Source: Micrococcales bacterium UBA7472 (lineage in GTDB: Bacteria > Actinomycetota > Actinomycetes > Actinomycetales > Microbacteriaceae). From it: a DNA stretch of 64,000 nt. The notes beneath the pieces were generated by a model. The model saw nothing but the letters and a program-made list of their open reading frames with translations, did no database searches and was not told the origin of the DNA. Shown here piece after piece: positions 10,733-22,686 of this stretch; within the stretch, counting starts at the first letter, position 1, and each line of letters opens with the position of its first letter. The stretch spans positions 54,492 to 118,491 of the forward strand of contig DLOY01000084.1 in NCBI GenBank assembly GCA_002478545.1. Direction: 5' to 3'. The position numbers were made by a program, and so were the translations under genes.

Positions 10733-12574
10733 CTAGAGACTAGACCAATCGTCCATCGCGATCCTGAGACCGCGTCGCTTATTTGCCCCAACCAATCTGG
10801 CATTGGCCTTGAGCGCGTGCCTTCTAAGGGCGGCACTTATTTGTGGACCGTTTTGATAGCTGAATCGGATTAGTGAATTTGCCTGCTCACCCAGCTCTGT
10901 GCGCAACTCCTGGGCTCCCAAGTCTTTGACTTCATCAAGCACTGCCACCAAGACCTCGGTGCTTGCCTGAAGCCATGCCACCCGAGCTGCGGGCGGGAGA
11001 TTCAGAGCCTGGAGATCTCGAAGTGCAACTTTTGCGAGCTGTCTGTGTTGTCCCAAGGTGATGGCTTGTCCCAACGCACTGGGAATCCCGGCAATTACCG
11101 CCCTGCCATCATCTGCCAATAGCTCGATTGCCTCCATCCAGTCCCTGATCGCCAACTGCTCTGCCTGCAAGGACTGCGAGGACAGCCAAATATCGCAGTC
11201 CAGAATCAGTACTGCCGAGTAACCACCCGATGCAACTGGGCTAGCACCAGGCGTGGAAACCACAATGTGTTTGCTGGGCAAAATCTTTGATGGTTGTCGC
11301 TCAGCAGTGGATTCTGATATCAGCACCTGGGGAAATGCTTTACCTAACTCACTCACGGTTCTGCTGCTGCCTGCTCGCCCCGATTTAGCTTTCGATGTGC
11401 CACAGTCTTGACACGAGGAAAACCCGATGCAACAGAGCTTGCAGGCAAAGCTGCCTGCGCCAGGCTCCCATATCGGTCCGCCGCAGTTCCTGCACCGAAG
11501 TTTGCCTCCGCAGCCGGCACAAAATGCCGCCGGGGAATTTCCCTTTCGGGGCAGTAAAACCAAAATTGGCCCCTGATCGACCCGTTCCCGGATTAGTTCA
11601 AAACTCGCTCGATCCATTCGAAGACTGGGTTCGCTGAATGCGATTCGCGCCGGAGGCGAAACTAGAGTGTGATCGCTTAGGTAACCAATCTCCACAAGTC
11701 GCTGCACCTCGACCGATCGATAATTGGCAGCTAGCACCAAAGCTCGGTTACTCGAGCGCATCAGCGCTAATTCTCGGGCGTGTGTGAAGGGCGAGCCCTG
11801 CTCCTTTAGTGAATCGTCCAAGTCATCAAATAGAGCAACCATGCCGAGGTTGTGAACCGGCGCATAGATGGCGCTTCGCGTGCCAATTGCAATGGTTGCC
11901 GAAGGAATTAGTGAGCGATGAAAACTTTGAAACCGCTCGGATTTCTTTTGTCCAGAACCAAACTCGACCAGGGCATCACCTAGCCCAGCCAGGGAGAAAA
12001 TTCGCTTTAGGAGTTTGAGCTGCGACTGCTCGGGGAAAATCAAAATGCTGCTTTGACCCGCAACTAGTTTCTCAACCGCGTGAAAGGCAAAGAGATGAAC
12101 CCAATCAGGGAATCGTTCTCCGCTAAAACTTAGATTTCGTGCAGCAGAGAGCACGGCCGATCGTGTTCCCAGGGATTTATCGAGCTTGGGTTCAGTGAAG
12201 GGATTTGCGATCAGCTCAAACTGCGGAGTGTGTTGAATCGACACTCTTGGCATGTGATCGGGAACCGCCAGCGCAAGAATTTCCCCGATCGCAACGCTCT
12301 GCCGATCCGCAACCTGCCGAGCGAATGAGTAGATTTCGGGCGTCAAGACCGCCGTTTCAGAGACAATTTCCAGCAGTTCACTAGTTGCGTATGGACTTTG
12401 CTCTGCTAGGTCTGTGACGAAACCGGTGTGAGCTTTCTTGCTACGACCAATCTCAAACTTGACTCGCTGCCCAGTTTTGATAGCGGAGCGCAGGTGGTCA
12501 GGCACCAAGAAGTCGAACTCTCGGTCCAGTTGAATCAGATTAGATTCAGCGACCACCCGCGCAACCGCATTCAC
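10733..12574 (-). CDS. priA: Primosomal protein N' (PriA), actinobacterial form with degenerate helicase motifs
   Basis: N-terminal LDREFDF..P, IGTRSA.YAP, HARE, four CxxC pairs; between metK and fmt. Confidence 0.88.
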   Translation of the reverse strand: MNAVARVVAESNLIQLDREFDFLVPDHLRSAIKTGQRVKFEIGRSKKAHTGFVTDLAEQSPYATSELLEIVSETAVLTPEIYSFARQVADRQSVAIGEILALAVPDHMPRVSIQHTPQFELIANPFTEPKLDKSLGTRSAVLSAARNLSFSGERFPDWVHLFAFHAVEKLVAGQSSILIFPEQSQLKLLKRIFSLAGLGDALVEFGSGQKKSERFQSFHRSLIPSATIAIGTRSAIYAPVHNLGMVALFDDLDDSLKEQGSPFTHARELALMRSSNRALVLAANYRSVEVQRLVEIGYLSDHTLVSPPARIAFSEPSLRMDRASFELIRERVDQGPILVLLPRKGNSPAAFCAGCGGKLRCRNCGGPIWEPGAGSFACKLCCIGFSSCQDCGTSKAKSGRAGSSRTVSELGKAFPQVLISESTAERQPSKILPSKHIVVSTPGASPVASGGYSAVLILDCDIWLSSQSLQAEQLAIRDWMEAIELLADDGRAVIAGIPSALGQAITLGQHRQLAKVALRDLQALNLPPAARVAWLQASTEVLVAVLDEVKDLGAQELRTELGEQANSLIRFSYQNGPQISAALRRHALKANARLVGANKRRGLRIAMDDWSSL

Positions 12575-13761
12575 TACTTTCCTGCGGCCTCTCTCAGGGC
12601 ATCGGCACGATCGGTGCGTTCCCAGGTGAACTCTGGCAACTCTCGTCCAAAGTGCCCATAGGCAGCAGTCTTTGCGTAGATCGGCCGTCTTAGGTCGAGC
12701 TCGCGAATAATTGCTGCTGGTCGAAGGTCGAACACCTTCGCGATTGCATTCTCAATCGCCTGGGTATCAACTTTTTCAGTGCCGAACGTCTCAACGAAGA
12801 CCGCGACCGGCTTCGCCACGCCAATGGCATAAGCAACTTGGATTTCAGCTCTGTCAGCAAGCCCAGCTGCAACCACGTTCTTGGCAACCCAGCGCATCGC
12901 ATACGCTGCTGAACGGTCTACTTTGGAAGGGTCTTTACCGCTAAATGCGCCTCCACCGTGGCGAGCCATGCCACCGTAGGTGTCGACGATAATCTTGCGA
13001 CCGGTTAGGCCAGCGTCTCCTTGTGGACCACCGATAACGAAGCGGCCCGAGGGGTTGATGAAGTACTTGGTGTTTTCAAAATCGAGCTTTGAATCCGCTA
13101 GAACTGGCTGAATCACTCGCGAGAGAATCAGTTGAGCGAGCTCGTCTTGAGTCGCGTCTTCATGGTGCTGCGTAGAGAGCACGACTGTGTCAATGGAGAC
13201 CGGCTGATCCCCCTCGTAGTTCACCGACACCTGAGCCTTGCCATCCGGTCGGATTAGTCCATTGCCTAGTTCACGCCGCAGATTGCTGAGTGACTCGGTG
13301 ATGCGGTGCGACAGCAGAATAGGAGTAGGCATCAGGACGTCAGTCTCATTGGTTGCGTACCCAAACATCATGCCTTGGTCGCCTGCACCAAGCTGGGATT
13401 CAGCGTCTTGCGCACCGGCGCGGGCCTCTAGGGCCGCATCAACACCGGCAGCGATGTCTGGAGACTGTGCACCAATCGAGATAGAGACACCGCAGCTCTT
13501 ACCATCAAAGCCAATCTCGGCATTGTTGTAGCCGATGGCCGTGATTCGATCACGAACCAGCTGTGGGATGTCAACGTAGGAGGAGGTGGTAACTTCGCCG
13601 GCAACGTGAACTAGGCCGGTGGTTACTAGAGTCTCGACAGCGACACGGGCAGATGGGTCCTGCTCCAGCATGGCATCGAGGATGGTGTCAGAGATCTGAT
13701 CACAGATTTTGTCCGGGTGACCTTCGGTCACGGACTCCGAGGTAAATGTGCGTAGCTTCAT
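12574..13761 (-). CDS. metK: S-adenosylmethionine synthetase
   Basis: [28 protein letters not shown]. Confidence 0.99.
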   Translation of the reverse strand: MKLRTFTSESVTEGHPDKICDQISDTILDAMLEQDPSARVAVETLVTTGLVHVAGEVTTSSYVDIPQLVRDRITAIGYNNAEIGFDGKSCGVSISIGAQSPDIAAGVDAALEARAGAQDAESQLGAGDQGMMFGYATNETDVLMPTPILLSHRITESLSNLRRELGNGLIRPDGKAQVSVNYEGDQPVSIDTVVLSTQHHEDATQDELAQLILSRVIQPVLADSKLDFENTKYFINPSGRFVIGGPQGDAGLTGRKIIVDTYGGMARHGGGAFSGKDPSKVDRSAAYAMRWVAKNVVAAGLADRAEIQVAYAIGVAKPVAVFVETFGTEKVDTQAIENAIAKVFDLRPAAIIRELDLRRPIYAKTAAYGHFGRELPEFTWERTDRADALREAAGK

Positions 13762-13783
13762 AGTGCCAAAGTCTATCTAGGCG

Positions 13784-14923
13784 CTAAGACAGTGATGGGA
13801 TGACCCTCTCCAAAATCCATCTACTTAGCTCGGACTTTGTTCCAGATGCTGACTCATGGGAGTCTCGGGATATAAATTCGATCTGGTTGTGCTCAGACCC
13901 CAACGCGGTTACAGAGTTACCCACGATGAAGTCCACCCCTTTGTCCCACAGCTTCCCAGTAGCAATTTCAACTAGCCGGTCGCCATCGCAGTCGGACAGC
14001 GCAAATGCGACTGAGACGGCCTTGTGGTTTGCAACGTAGGAGGCAATCAGATCTTTGGTTGGAATGAGCTCAAGTGATAGCGACGCACCACGTTTGAGTT
14101 TCTCATTTGATGGATTCTTGACCCGAAAATCTGAAACTGCAGCGGCCATGACGATCAAATCACAGTCTCTGTCCATGGCAAGTTCCAGCTCATCCACATT
14201 GCCAACTCGAATCACATCGACCCCAGCCGGAGTCGATGTCTCGATATTGGCTGCAACCAAAGTCACTTGTGCACCAAGGTCACGTGCAGCCTTGGCTAGC
14301 TCGATGCCCATCCGACCGGTAGATGAGTTACTGATGAAGCGCACCGAATCAATTGCTTCTCGGGTACCTCCGGCGGTTACCAGAACATGCTTACCTTGAA
14401 GCGGGAGACCCGAGAGCGCGAAATCGGCGATTTCCTCTGGCTCTGGCATTCTCCCTGGACCCGAATCCTTGCCGGTCAGGCGACCTACTGCTGGCTCCAT
14501 GACTCTGATGCCACGGTTTTGAAGGGTTGAAACATTGGCCTGTGTTGCTGGGTTTTGCCACATTTCGGTGTGCATCGCCGGCGCGACAACAATTGGCGCC
14601 GTTGACGCGAGAATCGCGTTCAACAGCAGATCATCCGCGATGCCCGAGGCAAGTCTGGCTAGGAAACTGGCTGTTGCCGGTGCAACGATGATTAGGTCAG
14701 TTTGTTGCCCAAGTTCAACGTGTCTAACGTCTGCGACGTCGTGATACATGTCTAGGTCGATGTTTTTGCCGGAGAGCGCCTCAAGAGTGGTCTCGCCGAT
14801 GAACTTCAGGGCGTTTTGAGTGGGAAGCACAGTCACATCGTGACCGGCTTCCTTCAACAGGCGAACCAGGTTCGCCGCCTTATAGGCCGCGATTCCACCT
14901 GTAATGCCAAGCAGAATGCGCAA
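13784..14923 (-). CDS. coaBC: Phosphopantothenoylcysteine decarboxylase/ligase
   Basis: GITGGIAAYK, PAMHTEMW, TAGGTRE.ID.VRFISN.STGRMG, AAVSDF. Confidence 0.96.
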   Translation of the reverse strand: MRILLGITGGIAAYKAANLVRLLKEAGHDVTVLPTQNALKFIGETTLEALSGKNIDLDMYHDVADVRHVELGQQTDLIIVAPATASFLARLASGIADDLLLNAILASTAPIVVAPAMHTEMWQNPATQANVSTLQNRGIRVMEPAVGRLTGKDSGPGRMPEPEEIADFALSGLPLQGKHVLVTAGGTREAIDSVRFISNSSTGRMGIELAKAARDLGAQVTLVAANIETSTPAGVDVIRVGNVDELELAMDRDCDLIVMAAAVSDFRVKNPSNEKLKRGASLSLELIPTKDLIASYVANHKAVSVAFALSDCDGDRLVEIATGKLWDKGVDFIVGNSVTALGSEHNQIEFISRDSHESASGTKSELSRWILERVIPSLS

Positions 14924-14930
14924 CTAGAAC

Positions 14931-15185
14931 CTACTTGTTGTCGATCTTGTTTAGCTTGCCCTGGTGGATCTCATGCATGGCAATGCTGAGGGGCTTGTCG
15001 TCGATGCTGGAGTCAACCAGTGGGCCAACGTAGTTGAACAGGCTGCCCTCGTGCAGGGCCGCGTAGTACTCGTTGATCTGGCGAGCACGCTTTGAGGCGA
15101 AAATAACCAGCTCATAGTTTGAGCCTGCCTTTGCTAGTAGCTCATCGATAGGTGGGTTTACGATTCCCTCAAGCTTCTCGCTCAT
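14931..15185 (-). CDS. rpoZ: RNA polymerase omega subunit
   Basis: [31 protein letters not shown]. Confidence 0.96.
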   Translation of the reverse strand: MSEKLEGIVNPPIDELLAKAGSNYELVIFASKRARQINEYYAALHEGSLFNYVGPLVDSSIDDKPLSIAMHEIHQGKLNKIDNK

Positions 15186-15742
15186 GATCCTCTTTCGTAC
15201 TTGCGCACCAATTCAACTACCTGGGCGACACAGCTGTCCAGGTCTTGATTGGTTAGATTGAAATCAAACTCCCCCGCACTTGCTAATTCCGTGCGAGCTG
15301 TTGACAGTCTAGTTTGAATTTGCTCTTCTGTCTCGGTTCCCCGGTTTCTCAGTCGATACTCCAGCTCTTCCCAGCTCGGTGGCGAGATGAAAATCGTCAG
15401 CGCTTGGGGAATTCGGGTCTTGACCTGTCGAGCACCCTGAAGGTCAATCTCCAAAAGCAAGTGTTTATCCTCGGCCTCGGCTCTGGTCAGCTCATTTAGC
15501 GGGGTTCCGTAGTAATTAGAACCGTGCACGATCGCATGCTCGAGCAGCTGATTCTCGGCAATCAGGCCCTCAAACTCCTCCTTGGAGATGAAGTGGTAGT
15601 GAATACCATCAACCTCGCCAGGTCTGGGGTCTCTTGTGGTCGCGGAAACTGAAAGCATGAAATCTGGTTCGCTTGCCAGGATGCGCTGGACTATGGTCCC
15701 CTTGCCCACCCCGGCAGGTCCTGCGAGAACTACGAGCGCCAA
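15182..15742 (-). CDS. gmk: Guanylate kinase
   Basis: [10 protein letters not shown]-loop, SVSATTR.PRPGE.DG.HYHF, EIDLQGA. Confidence 0.97.
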   Translation of the reverse strand: MALVVLAGPAGVGKGTIVQRILASEPDFMLSVSATTRDPRPGEVDGIHYHFISKEEFEGLIAENQLLEHAIVHGSNYYGTPLNELTRAEAEDKHLLLEIDLQGARQVKTRIPQALTIFISPPSWEELEYRLRNRGTETEEQIQTRLSTARTELASAGEFDFNLTNQDLDSCVAQVVELVRKYERGS

Positions 15743-16545
15743 ATCTCTTCCTTTGCGATCTTGATTTGCTCCTTGAGCTTATCTGGACCCATCGAGGTCA
15801 ATCCCCTAGACATTGAGGCGATGACATTCTTGGCGCTAGCGCCAAAGATGCGCTGAATATCGCCAAGTCTGGCTCCTTGAGCGCCAAAACCAGGAGCCAA
15901 AATGGCCACCTTGCAATCTTGTTCAACAACTTCGCCAAGGCCAAACTCTGAAAGTTCTTGCGTTGCGCCTATTACCAATCCGAGGTTTTGAGCCTCTACC
16001 CTCCGAGCAGCATCCAGCACCAGCTTTGACACGCTTTTGTTGCCCTGGCGTGCGGTTTGGAGCTGTTTTGCCTCAGGGTTTGAGGTCGCGCACAACACGA
16101 AAAGACCGCCGTTCACATCGCTGGCATACTCCAGCATGCCCTCAAGCGAGTCTGGCCCAAGATAGCCCGAGACCGTTAGCGCGTCAGATCGAAGCGGTGA
16201 ATCATCTCCAAACCAAGCCTCGGAATAACCCTGCATGGTGGTTCCAATATCGCCGCGTTTTGCATCTGAAATCACGAACAGGTTTGCAGCCCTGGCCTCG
16301 GCCAAGATTTGCTCCAGTGCGAGTATCCCCTGAGAACCAAAGCGCTCAAAGAAGGCCACCTGAGGCTTGATGAATCCAAGATTATCGACCGCTGCGTCAA
16401 GGCATCTAAGACCAAAGTCCAAGACTCCCTGGGCAGAGTTCGGTAGCCCCCACTCGCGCAACTCACCCTCTGAAGGATCAATCCCTAGGCAAAGCGCAGA
16501 GTGATCCTCGATTGTTTTGTGAACGCGGGTGAGAAAACTAGTCAT
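15730..16545 (-). CDS. pyrF: Orotidine-5'-phosphate decarboxylase
   Basis: [36 protein letters not shown]. Confidence 0.96.
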   Translation of the reverse strand: MTSFLTRVHKTIEDHSALCLGIDPSEGELREWGLPNSAQGVLDFGLRCLDAAVDNLGFIKPQVAFFERFGSQGILALEQILAEARAANLFVISDAKRGDIGTTMQGYSEAWFGDDSPLRSDALTVSGYLGPDSLEGMLEYASDVNGGLFVLCATSNPEAKQLQTARQGNKSVSKLVLDAARRVEAQNLGLVIGATQELSEFGLGEVVEQDCKVAILAPGFGAQGARLGDIQRIFGASAKNVIASMSRGLTSMGPDKLKEQIKIAKEEIWRS

Positions 16546-19500
16546 TCAGAAGCTGCTTTCTCTTCAGCGCATGTTCCTGAAGGGGCTTGACCTTGAATTC
16601 ACCCTCGCGAATCATTTCGAATGAGCCGATTGCCGCACTCAGCTGAGCTGCAGTCGTGAAAATTGGCTTATCGGCCGCAGTAGTCGCGGCCCTGATCTCA
16701 TAGCCGTCCACTCGTGCATCTGCTCCGGATGGGGTGTTTACCACCACGTCAACCTCACCTGCGGTGATCATTTCAACAATCGAACGCTCACCGCTCTCGG
16801 CTTGGGAGTGCTTCGCAACGCGCTCGGCAGCAATACCGTGCCTGGAGAGCATCTTCGCTGTGCCGTCAGTGGCGAGAATTCGATAGCCAAGCTGACTGAG
16901 CCTTCGCACCGGAAGCAGTAGCTGGGGCTTATCGCGATCCGCAACCGAAACGAATACGGTTCCTGACTTGGGGAGCTTAGATCCCGCACCGGCTTGAGAC
17001 TTAGCAAAGGCAGTCGGGAAGTCATCATCAATTCCCATCACTTCTCCTGTTGAGCGCATCTCCGGCCCTAGAAGAGAATCCACGAATCGACCATCCCTGG
17101 TAGCGAAGCGCTTGAAAGGTAAAACTGCTTCCTTTACCGAAATTGGAGTGCCGGTGGGAAGGTGTTTTCCATCCTGTGCAGGCAGGGCTCCCTGAGCAAT
17201 CAGATCCTTGATCGAGGATCCAGCCATCACAAGTGCCGCAGCTTTAGCAAGTGTGATGCCCAGGGCCTTGGATACAAATGGCACAGTCCTTGATGCTCGA
17301 GGGTTGGCTTCCAGCACGTATAGCACATCTGAGGCAAGCGCGAACTGTACGTTGATTAGACCCTTGACCCCAAGCCCCCTTGCAATCTCTTCAGTCGCTT
17401 TTGCTACACGGTCAATCTGAGCTTCGCTCAGAGTGATAGGAGGCAAGGTACAGCTTGAGTCGCCGGAGTGGATGCCAGCCTCCTCAATGTGTTCCATGAC
17501 TCCACCGACATACAGCTCGGTTCCGTCATAGAGCGCATCAATATCAATTTCGATTGCATCGTCGAGGAAGCGGTCAACCAACAGTGGGTGTTCACTGTCC
17601 ACCAGCGCGTGGCCAGCGATGCGTCCGAAGTAACCCTCGAGGGACTTCTCGTCATAGACAATCTCCATACCGCGACCACCCAAGACGAAGGATGGGCGAA
17701 CCAAAACCGGATAGCCGATGCGGTTGGCCACCGCCACCGCCTCTTCAAGATTGGTGGCAATTCCGTTGGCTGGTGCGGTTAGGCCAGCGGCATCCAAGAT
17801 CTGCTGAAACTGCCCGCGCTCTTCTGCCTTGTCAATCGACTCTGGGGTGGTGCCCAAGATTGGCACACCGGCTGCCTCGAGACCTTTGGCAAGCCCCAGT
17901 GCAGTTTGGCCACCGAGCTGAACCATTACGCCCAGCAGCTCGCCGGACTGGCTCTCCGCGTGAATAACCTCAAGCACATCTTCCAGAGTCAGTGGCTCGA
18001 AATAGAGGCGGTCTGAAGTGTCGTAGTCAGTTGAGACAGTCTCTGGGTTGCAGTTCACCATGATGGTCTCGTAGCCGGCATCGCGCAATGCAAATGCTGC
18101 GTGCACGCAGGAGTAGTCAAATTCAACACCCTGACCGATGCGGTTTGGACCCGAGCCCAGGATCACTACCTTCTTGCGACTAGATGGCCTTACCTCGGTG
18201 AACTGCTCATATGAGCTGTAGTGGTAAGGAGTTAGTGCCGGAAACTCCCCCGCACAGGTGTCAACCGTCTTGAAGACTGGACGTAGGTTCAGCTCGTAGC
18301 GCAGTGCACGCACCTGGTCCTCGCTCATCCCTCGCAGCTGAGCAATTTGGACATCGGAGAATCCGTGCTCCTTTGCTCGCTTGAGCACATCGCGGCTGAG
18401 CTCAGGCTCGTCCTTCAACCATTGAGCAACTTCGTTGATTAGTTGAATTTGGTCAATGAACCAGGGGTCAATTTTGGTCGCCTCAAATACCTGCTGTGCC
18501 GTTGCCCCAAGGCGCAAAGCCTGCTGAAGCTGAACGATTCGCTCATCAGTCGGGGTCTTTATCTTGGTCAAAAGCTCCTGAGCGGAATCCGCGGTCTCTC
18601 CCCAGTGGAAGGAGCTTCCTCGCTTCTCAAGCGAACGAAGCGCCTTCTGAAGCGCTTGAGTGAAGGTTCTACCAATCGCCATTGCCTCACCCACACTTTT
18701 CATGGTTGTGGTCAGGGTTGGGTCGGCAGCAGGGAACTTCTCAAACGCAAATCTCGGAGCCTTCACCACGATGTAATCCAGGGTTGGTTCGAAGCTTGCG
18801 GGAGTAACGCCAGTGATGTCGTTTGGAATCTCATCTAGGGTGTAGCCGATTGCCAATTTCGCAGCAATCTTGGCGATTGGAAAACCGGTCGCCTTTGAGG
18901 CCAACGCTGATGAACGTGAAACACGGGGGTTCATTTCGATAACGATGACGCGGCCATCCTCTGGGTCAACCGCAAACTGAATGTTGCAACCTCCGGTGTC
19001 TACACCGACCGCGCGAATAATCTCGATACCGATGTCGCGAAGGTTCTGGTACTCGCGGTCTGTCAGGGTCAGCGCAGGGGCTACGGTAATTGAGTCACCG
19101 GTGTGAACTCCTACCGGATCGAAGTTCTCAATAGAACAGACGACAACAGTGTTGTCGTTCTTATCGCGCATGAGCTCGAGCTCATACTCCTTCCAGCCCA
19201 GAATTGATTCTTCGAGTAGCACCTCTGAAGTTGGCGATGCCTGGAGACCCGCGCCAGCGATTCTCCTTAGGTCAGCTTCGTTGTAGGCAAATCCGGAACC
19301 TAGACCGCCCATTGTGAAAGATGGTCGGACAACCATCGGGTAACCAAGCTGCCCAGCTGCCTCCAGAACCTCATCCATGTTGTTGGCGATAAAGCTTCTG
19401 GCAACATCTGCACCAGCATCCAAAACCAACTGCTTGAAGGCCTGACGGTCTTCACCGGCTTTGATTGCATCGACATTTGCACCAATCAGTTCGACACCGT

Positions 19501-19831
19501 ATCGCTCGAGCGAACCACGCTCATAGAGCGACATCGCTGCGTTTAGCGCTGTCTGACCACCGAGGGTCGGCAAAATTGCGTCCGGCTTCTCCTTCTCGAT
19601 GATCGCTTCAATTACCTCAGGAGTAATTGGCTCCACGTAAGTCGCATCGGCAAAATCAGGGTCGGTCATGATGGTCGCTGGATTTGAGTTGATCAGAATT
19701 ACCCTGATGCCCTCCTCTTGCAATACGCGACAGGCCTGGGTTCCCGAGTAGTCAAATTCACAGGCCTGGCCAATGACGATTGGTCCGGAGCCAATGACTA
19801 ATACCGATTTGATGTCTTGACGCTTTGGCAT
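16538..19831 (-). CDS. carB: Carbamoyl-phosphate synthase large subunit
   Basis: [30 protein letters not shown], two ATP-grasp halves, MGS domain; start ATG 19831 (TAATG junction with carA). Confidence 0.98.
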   Translation of the reverse strand: MPKRQDIKSVLVIGSGPIVIGQACEFDYSGTQACRVLQEEGIRVILINSNPATIMTDPDFADATYVEPITPEVIEAIIEKEKPDAILPTLGGQTALNAAMSLYERGSLERYGVELIGANVDAIKAGEDRQAFKQLVLDAGADVARSFIANNMDEVLEAAGQLGYPMVVRPSFTMGGLGSGFAYNEADLRRIAGAGLQASPTSEVLLEESILGWKEYELELMRDKNDNTVVVCSIENFDPVGVHTGDSITVAPALTLTDREYQNLRDIGIEIIRAVGVDTGGCNIQFAVDPEDGRVIVIEMNPRVSRSSALASKATGFPIAKIAAKLAIGYTLDEIPNDITGVTPASFEPTLDYIVVKAPRFAFEKFPAADPTLTTTMKSVGEAMAIGRTFTQALQKALRSLEKRGSSFHWGETADSAQELLTKIKTPTDERIVQLQQALRLGATAQQVFEATKIDPWFIDQIQLINEVAQWLKDEPELSRDVLKRAKEHGFSDVQIAQLRGMSEDQVRALRYELNLRPVFKTVDTCAGEFPALTPYHYSSYEQFTEVRPSSRKKVVILGSGPNRIGQGVEFDYSCVHAAFALRDAGYETIMVNCNPETVSTDYDTSDRLYFEPLTLEDVLEVIHAESQSGELLGVMVQLGGQTALGLAKGLEAAGVPILGTTPESIDKAEERGQFQQILDAAGLTAPANGIATNLEEAVAVANRIGYPVLVRPSFVLGGRGMEIVYDEKSLEGYFGRIAGHALVDSEHPLLVDRFLDDAIEIDIDALYDGTELYVGGVMEHIEEAGIHSGDSSCTLPPITLSEAQIDRVAKATEEIARGLGVKGLINVQFALASDVLYVLEANPRASRTVPFVSKALGITLAKAAALVMAGSSIKDLIAQGALPAQDGKHLPTGTPISVKEAVLPFKRFATRDGRFVDSLLGPEMRSTGEVMGIDDDFPTAFAKSQAGAGSKLPKSGTVFVSVADRDKPQLLLPVRRLSQLGYRILATDGTAKMLSRHGIAAERVAKHSQAESGERSIVEMITAGEVDVVVNTPSGADARVDGYEIRAATTAADKPIFTTAAQLSAAIGSFEMIREGEFKVKPLQEHALKRKQLLND

Positions 19832-20946
19832 TAGCGGCGCTCCTTGATCATTTGAATGAACTTGTCGAATAGGTAGTGGGAATCGTGCGGTCCAGCAGCC
19901 GCCTCTGGGTGGTATTGAACTGAGAAGGCCGGGATGTCTTGGCACTCTAGGCCCTCAACCACACCGTCATTTAGGCCGCGGTGTGAAACCTTGACCAGTC
20001 CAAACCCCTCGGGACTCTGTGCTTGATCACCATCAAGCTTTACGGCAAAACCGTGGTTGTGAGCGGTGACTTCGACTCTTCCACTTTCAGCATGCATAAC
20101 CGGTTGGTTAATGCCACGGTGTCCGAAGGCAAGCTTGTAGGTGTCAAACCCGAGAGCGCGGCCAAGTAGCTGGTTTCCAAAGCAAATTCCGAAGAAGGGC
20201 TTTCCTGCCCGAAGAACCTCGCGCAGAAGCTCAACCTGTGAGTTGGAAGCCTCGGGGTCACCGGGGCCATTTGAGAAAAAGACCGCGTCCGGGTTCTCAC
20301 CAAGAAGGGTCTTTGCATCAACATCCGCAGGAAAAACCGTCACATCCAAACCGCGTTCGCTCAGGTGCTCGAGGGTTGATTTCTTGATTCCAAGGTCCAA
20401 AATGGCGACCGATCCAATTCGTTCACCCTTCGCGGAGATTACGTAGCTGTTTGGAGTTGTGACAACATCCGATAACTTGCGCCCCTTCATTTCAGGTGCC
20501 TCGTTGACCTTCGCAATCATTTCGGAGTTCGACTTGATTGAATCACCGGAGAATATGCCGGCACGCATTGCACCAGCATCACGAATCATGATGGTGAGCG
20601 CGCGAGTGTCAATGTTTGAAATACCCACCACGGATTGGGCGGTCAAGTCTGACTGCAACGTGCGCTCCGCGCGGAAGTTTGACGCCATTCGAGATGGGTC
20701 TTTGACTACGTAACCTGCAACCCAAATTCTCGAGGACTCCTCGTCGCGCTCATTCATGCCGACGATGCCAATGTGAGGGGCGGTTTGGATCACGATCTGT
20801 CCGGCATAACTTGGGTCAGTAATGGTCTCTTGGTAACCGGTCATGCCGGTTGCAAAGACCAACTCTCCAAGGCTTTGACCCACCGCTCCAAAGGCCTCAC
20901 CCTCAAAGACTGTGCCGTTTTCTAATACCAGGTAGGCCTTATCCAA
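19831..20946 (-). CDS. carA: Carbamoyl-phosphate synthase small subunit
   Basis: [34 protein letters not shown]. Confidence 0.98.
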   Translation of the reverse strand: MDKAYLVLENGTVFEGEAFGAVGQSLGELVFATGMTGYQETITDPSYAGQIVIQTAPHIGIVGMNERDEESSRIWVAGYVVKDPSRMASNFRAERTLQSDLTAQSVVGISNIDTRALTIMIRDAGAMRAGIFSGDSIKSNSEMIAKVNEAPEMKGRKLSDVVTTPNSYVISAKGERIGSVAILDLGIKKSTLEHLSERGLDVTVFPADVDAKTLLGENPDAVFFSNGPGDPEASNSQVELLREVLRAGKPFFGICFGNQLLGRALGFDTYKLAFGHRGINQPVMHAESGRVEVTAHNHGFAVKLDGDQAQSPEGFGLVKVSHRGLNDGVVEGLECQDIPAFSVQYHPEAAAGPHDSHYLFDKFIQMIKERR

Positions 20947-21427
20947 TTTCTACTCCCAACACCTCGGTTAGCTTTTGTTCAAAAATCTGTCGTTGTGACT
21001 TCGCCACAATTCGAAGATGCGTTGCCAGTTCCTCATCACCCAGGCTCCACAGCAACACCAGAAGACCATCTCGCTCCACACCTTTGTCGATGGTCGCGCT
21101 GGCCCTGGTTGCCGCGATTAGCTGTGATGCTTCAATCAGCAAGTCTCGTTCTCCTTGGCGTTCAATAACCACGCCGGCTTCACTCACACTCAGCAGCGCC
21201 TTGCCGCGACCGCCTAGCCCATAGGCCCAAACCCGCTTCAGGGGAGATTGCGCAAAGACGGTGGAGACATAAAACCCTGCGATTGCATCTGTTGCCGAGG
21301 AAGCCACTGACGGCTCTGGGAGTGAGGCCTCCTGCGCCTTTCTTAGCGAGCGGTTGGAGAAGAAAACTAGTGCTGCGACCAATGCCACCAGTGAGATTGC
21401 GATTGCCCCAATGATTTCTCTAGTCAT
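20939..21427 (-). CDS. Membrane-anchored hypothetical protein of the actinobacterial pyr operon (Rv1382-like)
   Basis: N-terminal TM, YVST...PL.R, GLG.RG, DKGVE.DGL.V..W.LG; between pyrC and carA. Confidence 0.75.
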   Translation of the reverse strand: MTREIIGAIAISLVALVAALVFFSNRSLRKAQEASLPEPSVASSATDAIAGFYVSTVFAQSPLKRVWAYGLGGRGKALLSVSEAGVVIERQGERDLLIEASQLIAATRASATIDKGVERDGLLVLLWSLGDEELATHLRIVAKSQRQIFEQKLTEVLGVEIG

Positions 21428-22686
21428 TAGGCAAGCACTCCATCTCGGACGGTGAACCTGCCACCAAAAATGGTGTGGACTACTCGCCCTGGTAGTTCAA
21501 TGCCAGCAAATGGGTTGTTAGTGCTCTTCGAGTGAGTCTTGGCCTCGATGGTGCGCTTGGCATTTGGGTCGATAAGTGTGAGGTTCGCAGGTTTTCCAAT
21601 GGCGAGGCTTCCCTGACCTTCCAACCTGGCAATCTCTGCCGGCTTAGTGGAAATCAGGCTGCTGAATAGCTTCCAATCCCCACCGCCTGATAGCACAACC
21701 TCTTGCAACACACTGGCTGCATGTTCGAGGCCGACCATTCCAAAAGCCGCCGCCTCCCATTCGCAATCCTTTTTCTCAATTGAGTGAGGTGCATGGTCGG
21801 TACCGAGTGCGTCAATCGTGCCATCCAAAACGGCCTCCCTGAGTGCAAGGGTGTCTTCCTTAGTGCGCAGCGGAGGGTTGACCTTGAAGGTCGGGTCATA
21901 GCCTCGAACCAGCTCTTCGGTAAGCATTAGGTGATGCGGGGTGACTTCAGCGGTGATTTGAATTCCTCTGCGCTTCGCCCAGCGCACCACATCGACTGCG
22001 CCGGCTGTAGTCAGGTGGCAGATGTGAAGTCTTGCTCCAGTTTGCTCGGCCAGTAGAGCGTCCCTGGCGATGATTGCCTCCTCTGCCACCGCGGGCCAGC
22101 CCTTTAGTCCGAGCTGGGTCGCGAGTGCACCATCGTTCATTTGAGCACCCTGAGTGAGCTTGGGTTCTTGGGCATGCTGCGCAATTACGCCATCAAAGCC
22201 CTTCACGTACTGAAGGGCGCGCTGCATCAACAGCGGATCATGCACGCAGTTGCCATCGTCTGAGAACACCCGAACCTTGGCGCGAGAAGAAGCCATTGAT
22301 CCCAAAGCTGCCAGCTCTTCGCCCAATAGACCCTTGGTGACCGCACCGATTGGTTGAACCTGAACGTATCCAGCATCGATGCCAAGCTGCATTACCTGCT
22401 CAACAACCCCAGCGGAATCCGCTACCGGTGCGGTATTGGCCATTGCCAGCACCGCGGTGTAACCACCGGCGGCAGCGGATTGGGAACCGGTTAGCACGGT
22501 TTCGCTGGCCTCAAAACCCGGCTGCCTTAGGTGGGTGTGGATATCCACAAACCCTGGCAGTGCAACCAGTCCAGCGCAGTCAATGCCAGGACCAACTTTT
22601 CCAATGGCTGATACAAAGCCGTTGGTAATTTCTATGTCCGCACTCTCGCCGGAAGCCAGGGTGACATTTTGTAGAACCGTGGTCAT
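21427..22686 (-). CDS. pyrC: Dihydroorotase
   Basis: PGFVDIHTHLRQPG, AEVTPHHL, KVNPPLR, TDHAPH. Confidence 0.97.
   Translation of the reverse strand: MTTVLQNVTLASGESADIEITNGFVSAIGKVGPGIDCAGLVALPGFVDIHTHLRQPGFEASETVLTGSQSAAAGGYTAVLAMANTAPVADSAGVVEQVMQLGIDAGYVQVQPIGAVTKGLLGEELAALGSMASSRAKVRVFSDDGNCVHDPLLMQRALQYVKGFDGVIAQHAQEPKLTQGAQMNDGALATQLGLKGWPAVAEEAIIARDALLAEQTGARLHICHLTTAGAVDVVRWAKRRGIQITAEVTPHHLMLTEELVRGYDPTFKVNPPLRTKEDTLALREAVLDGTIDALGTDHAPHSIEKKDCEWEAAAFGMVGLEHAASVLQEVVLSGGGDWKLFSSLISTKPAEIARLEGQGSLAIGKPANLTLIDPNAKRTIEAKTHSKSTNNPFAGIELPGRVVHTIFGGRFTVRDGVLA

Noticed and set aside
19832..19945. N-terminal extensions in the ORF track (carB; likewise trpC, trpE, pyrR, aroE, PPIase, nucleotidase, amtB)
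   Set aside because: They overlap upstream genes or regulatory DNA; conserved N-termini and SD positions point to later starts.
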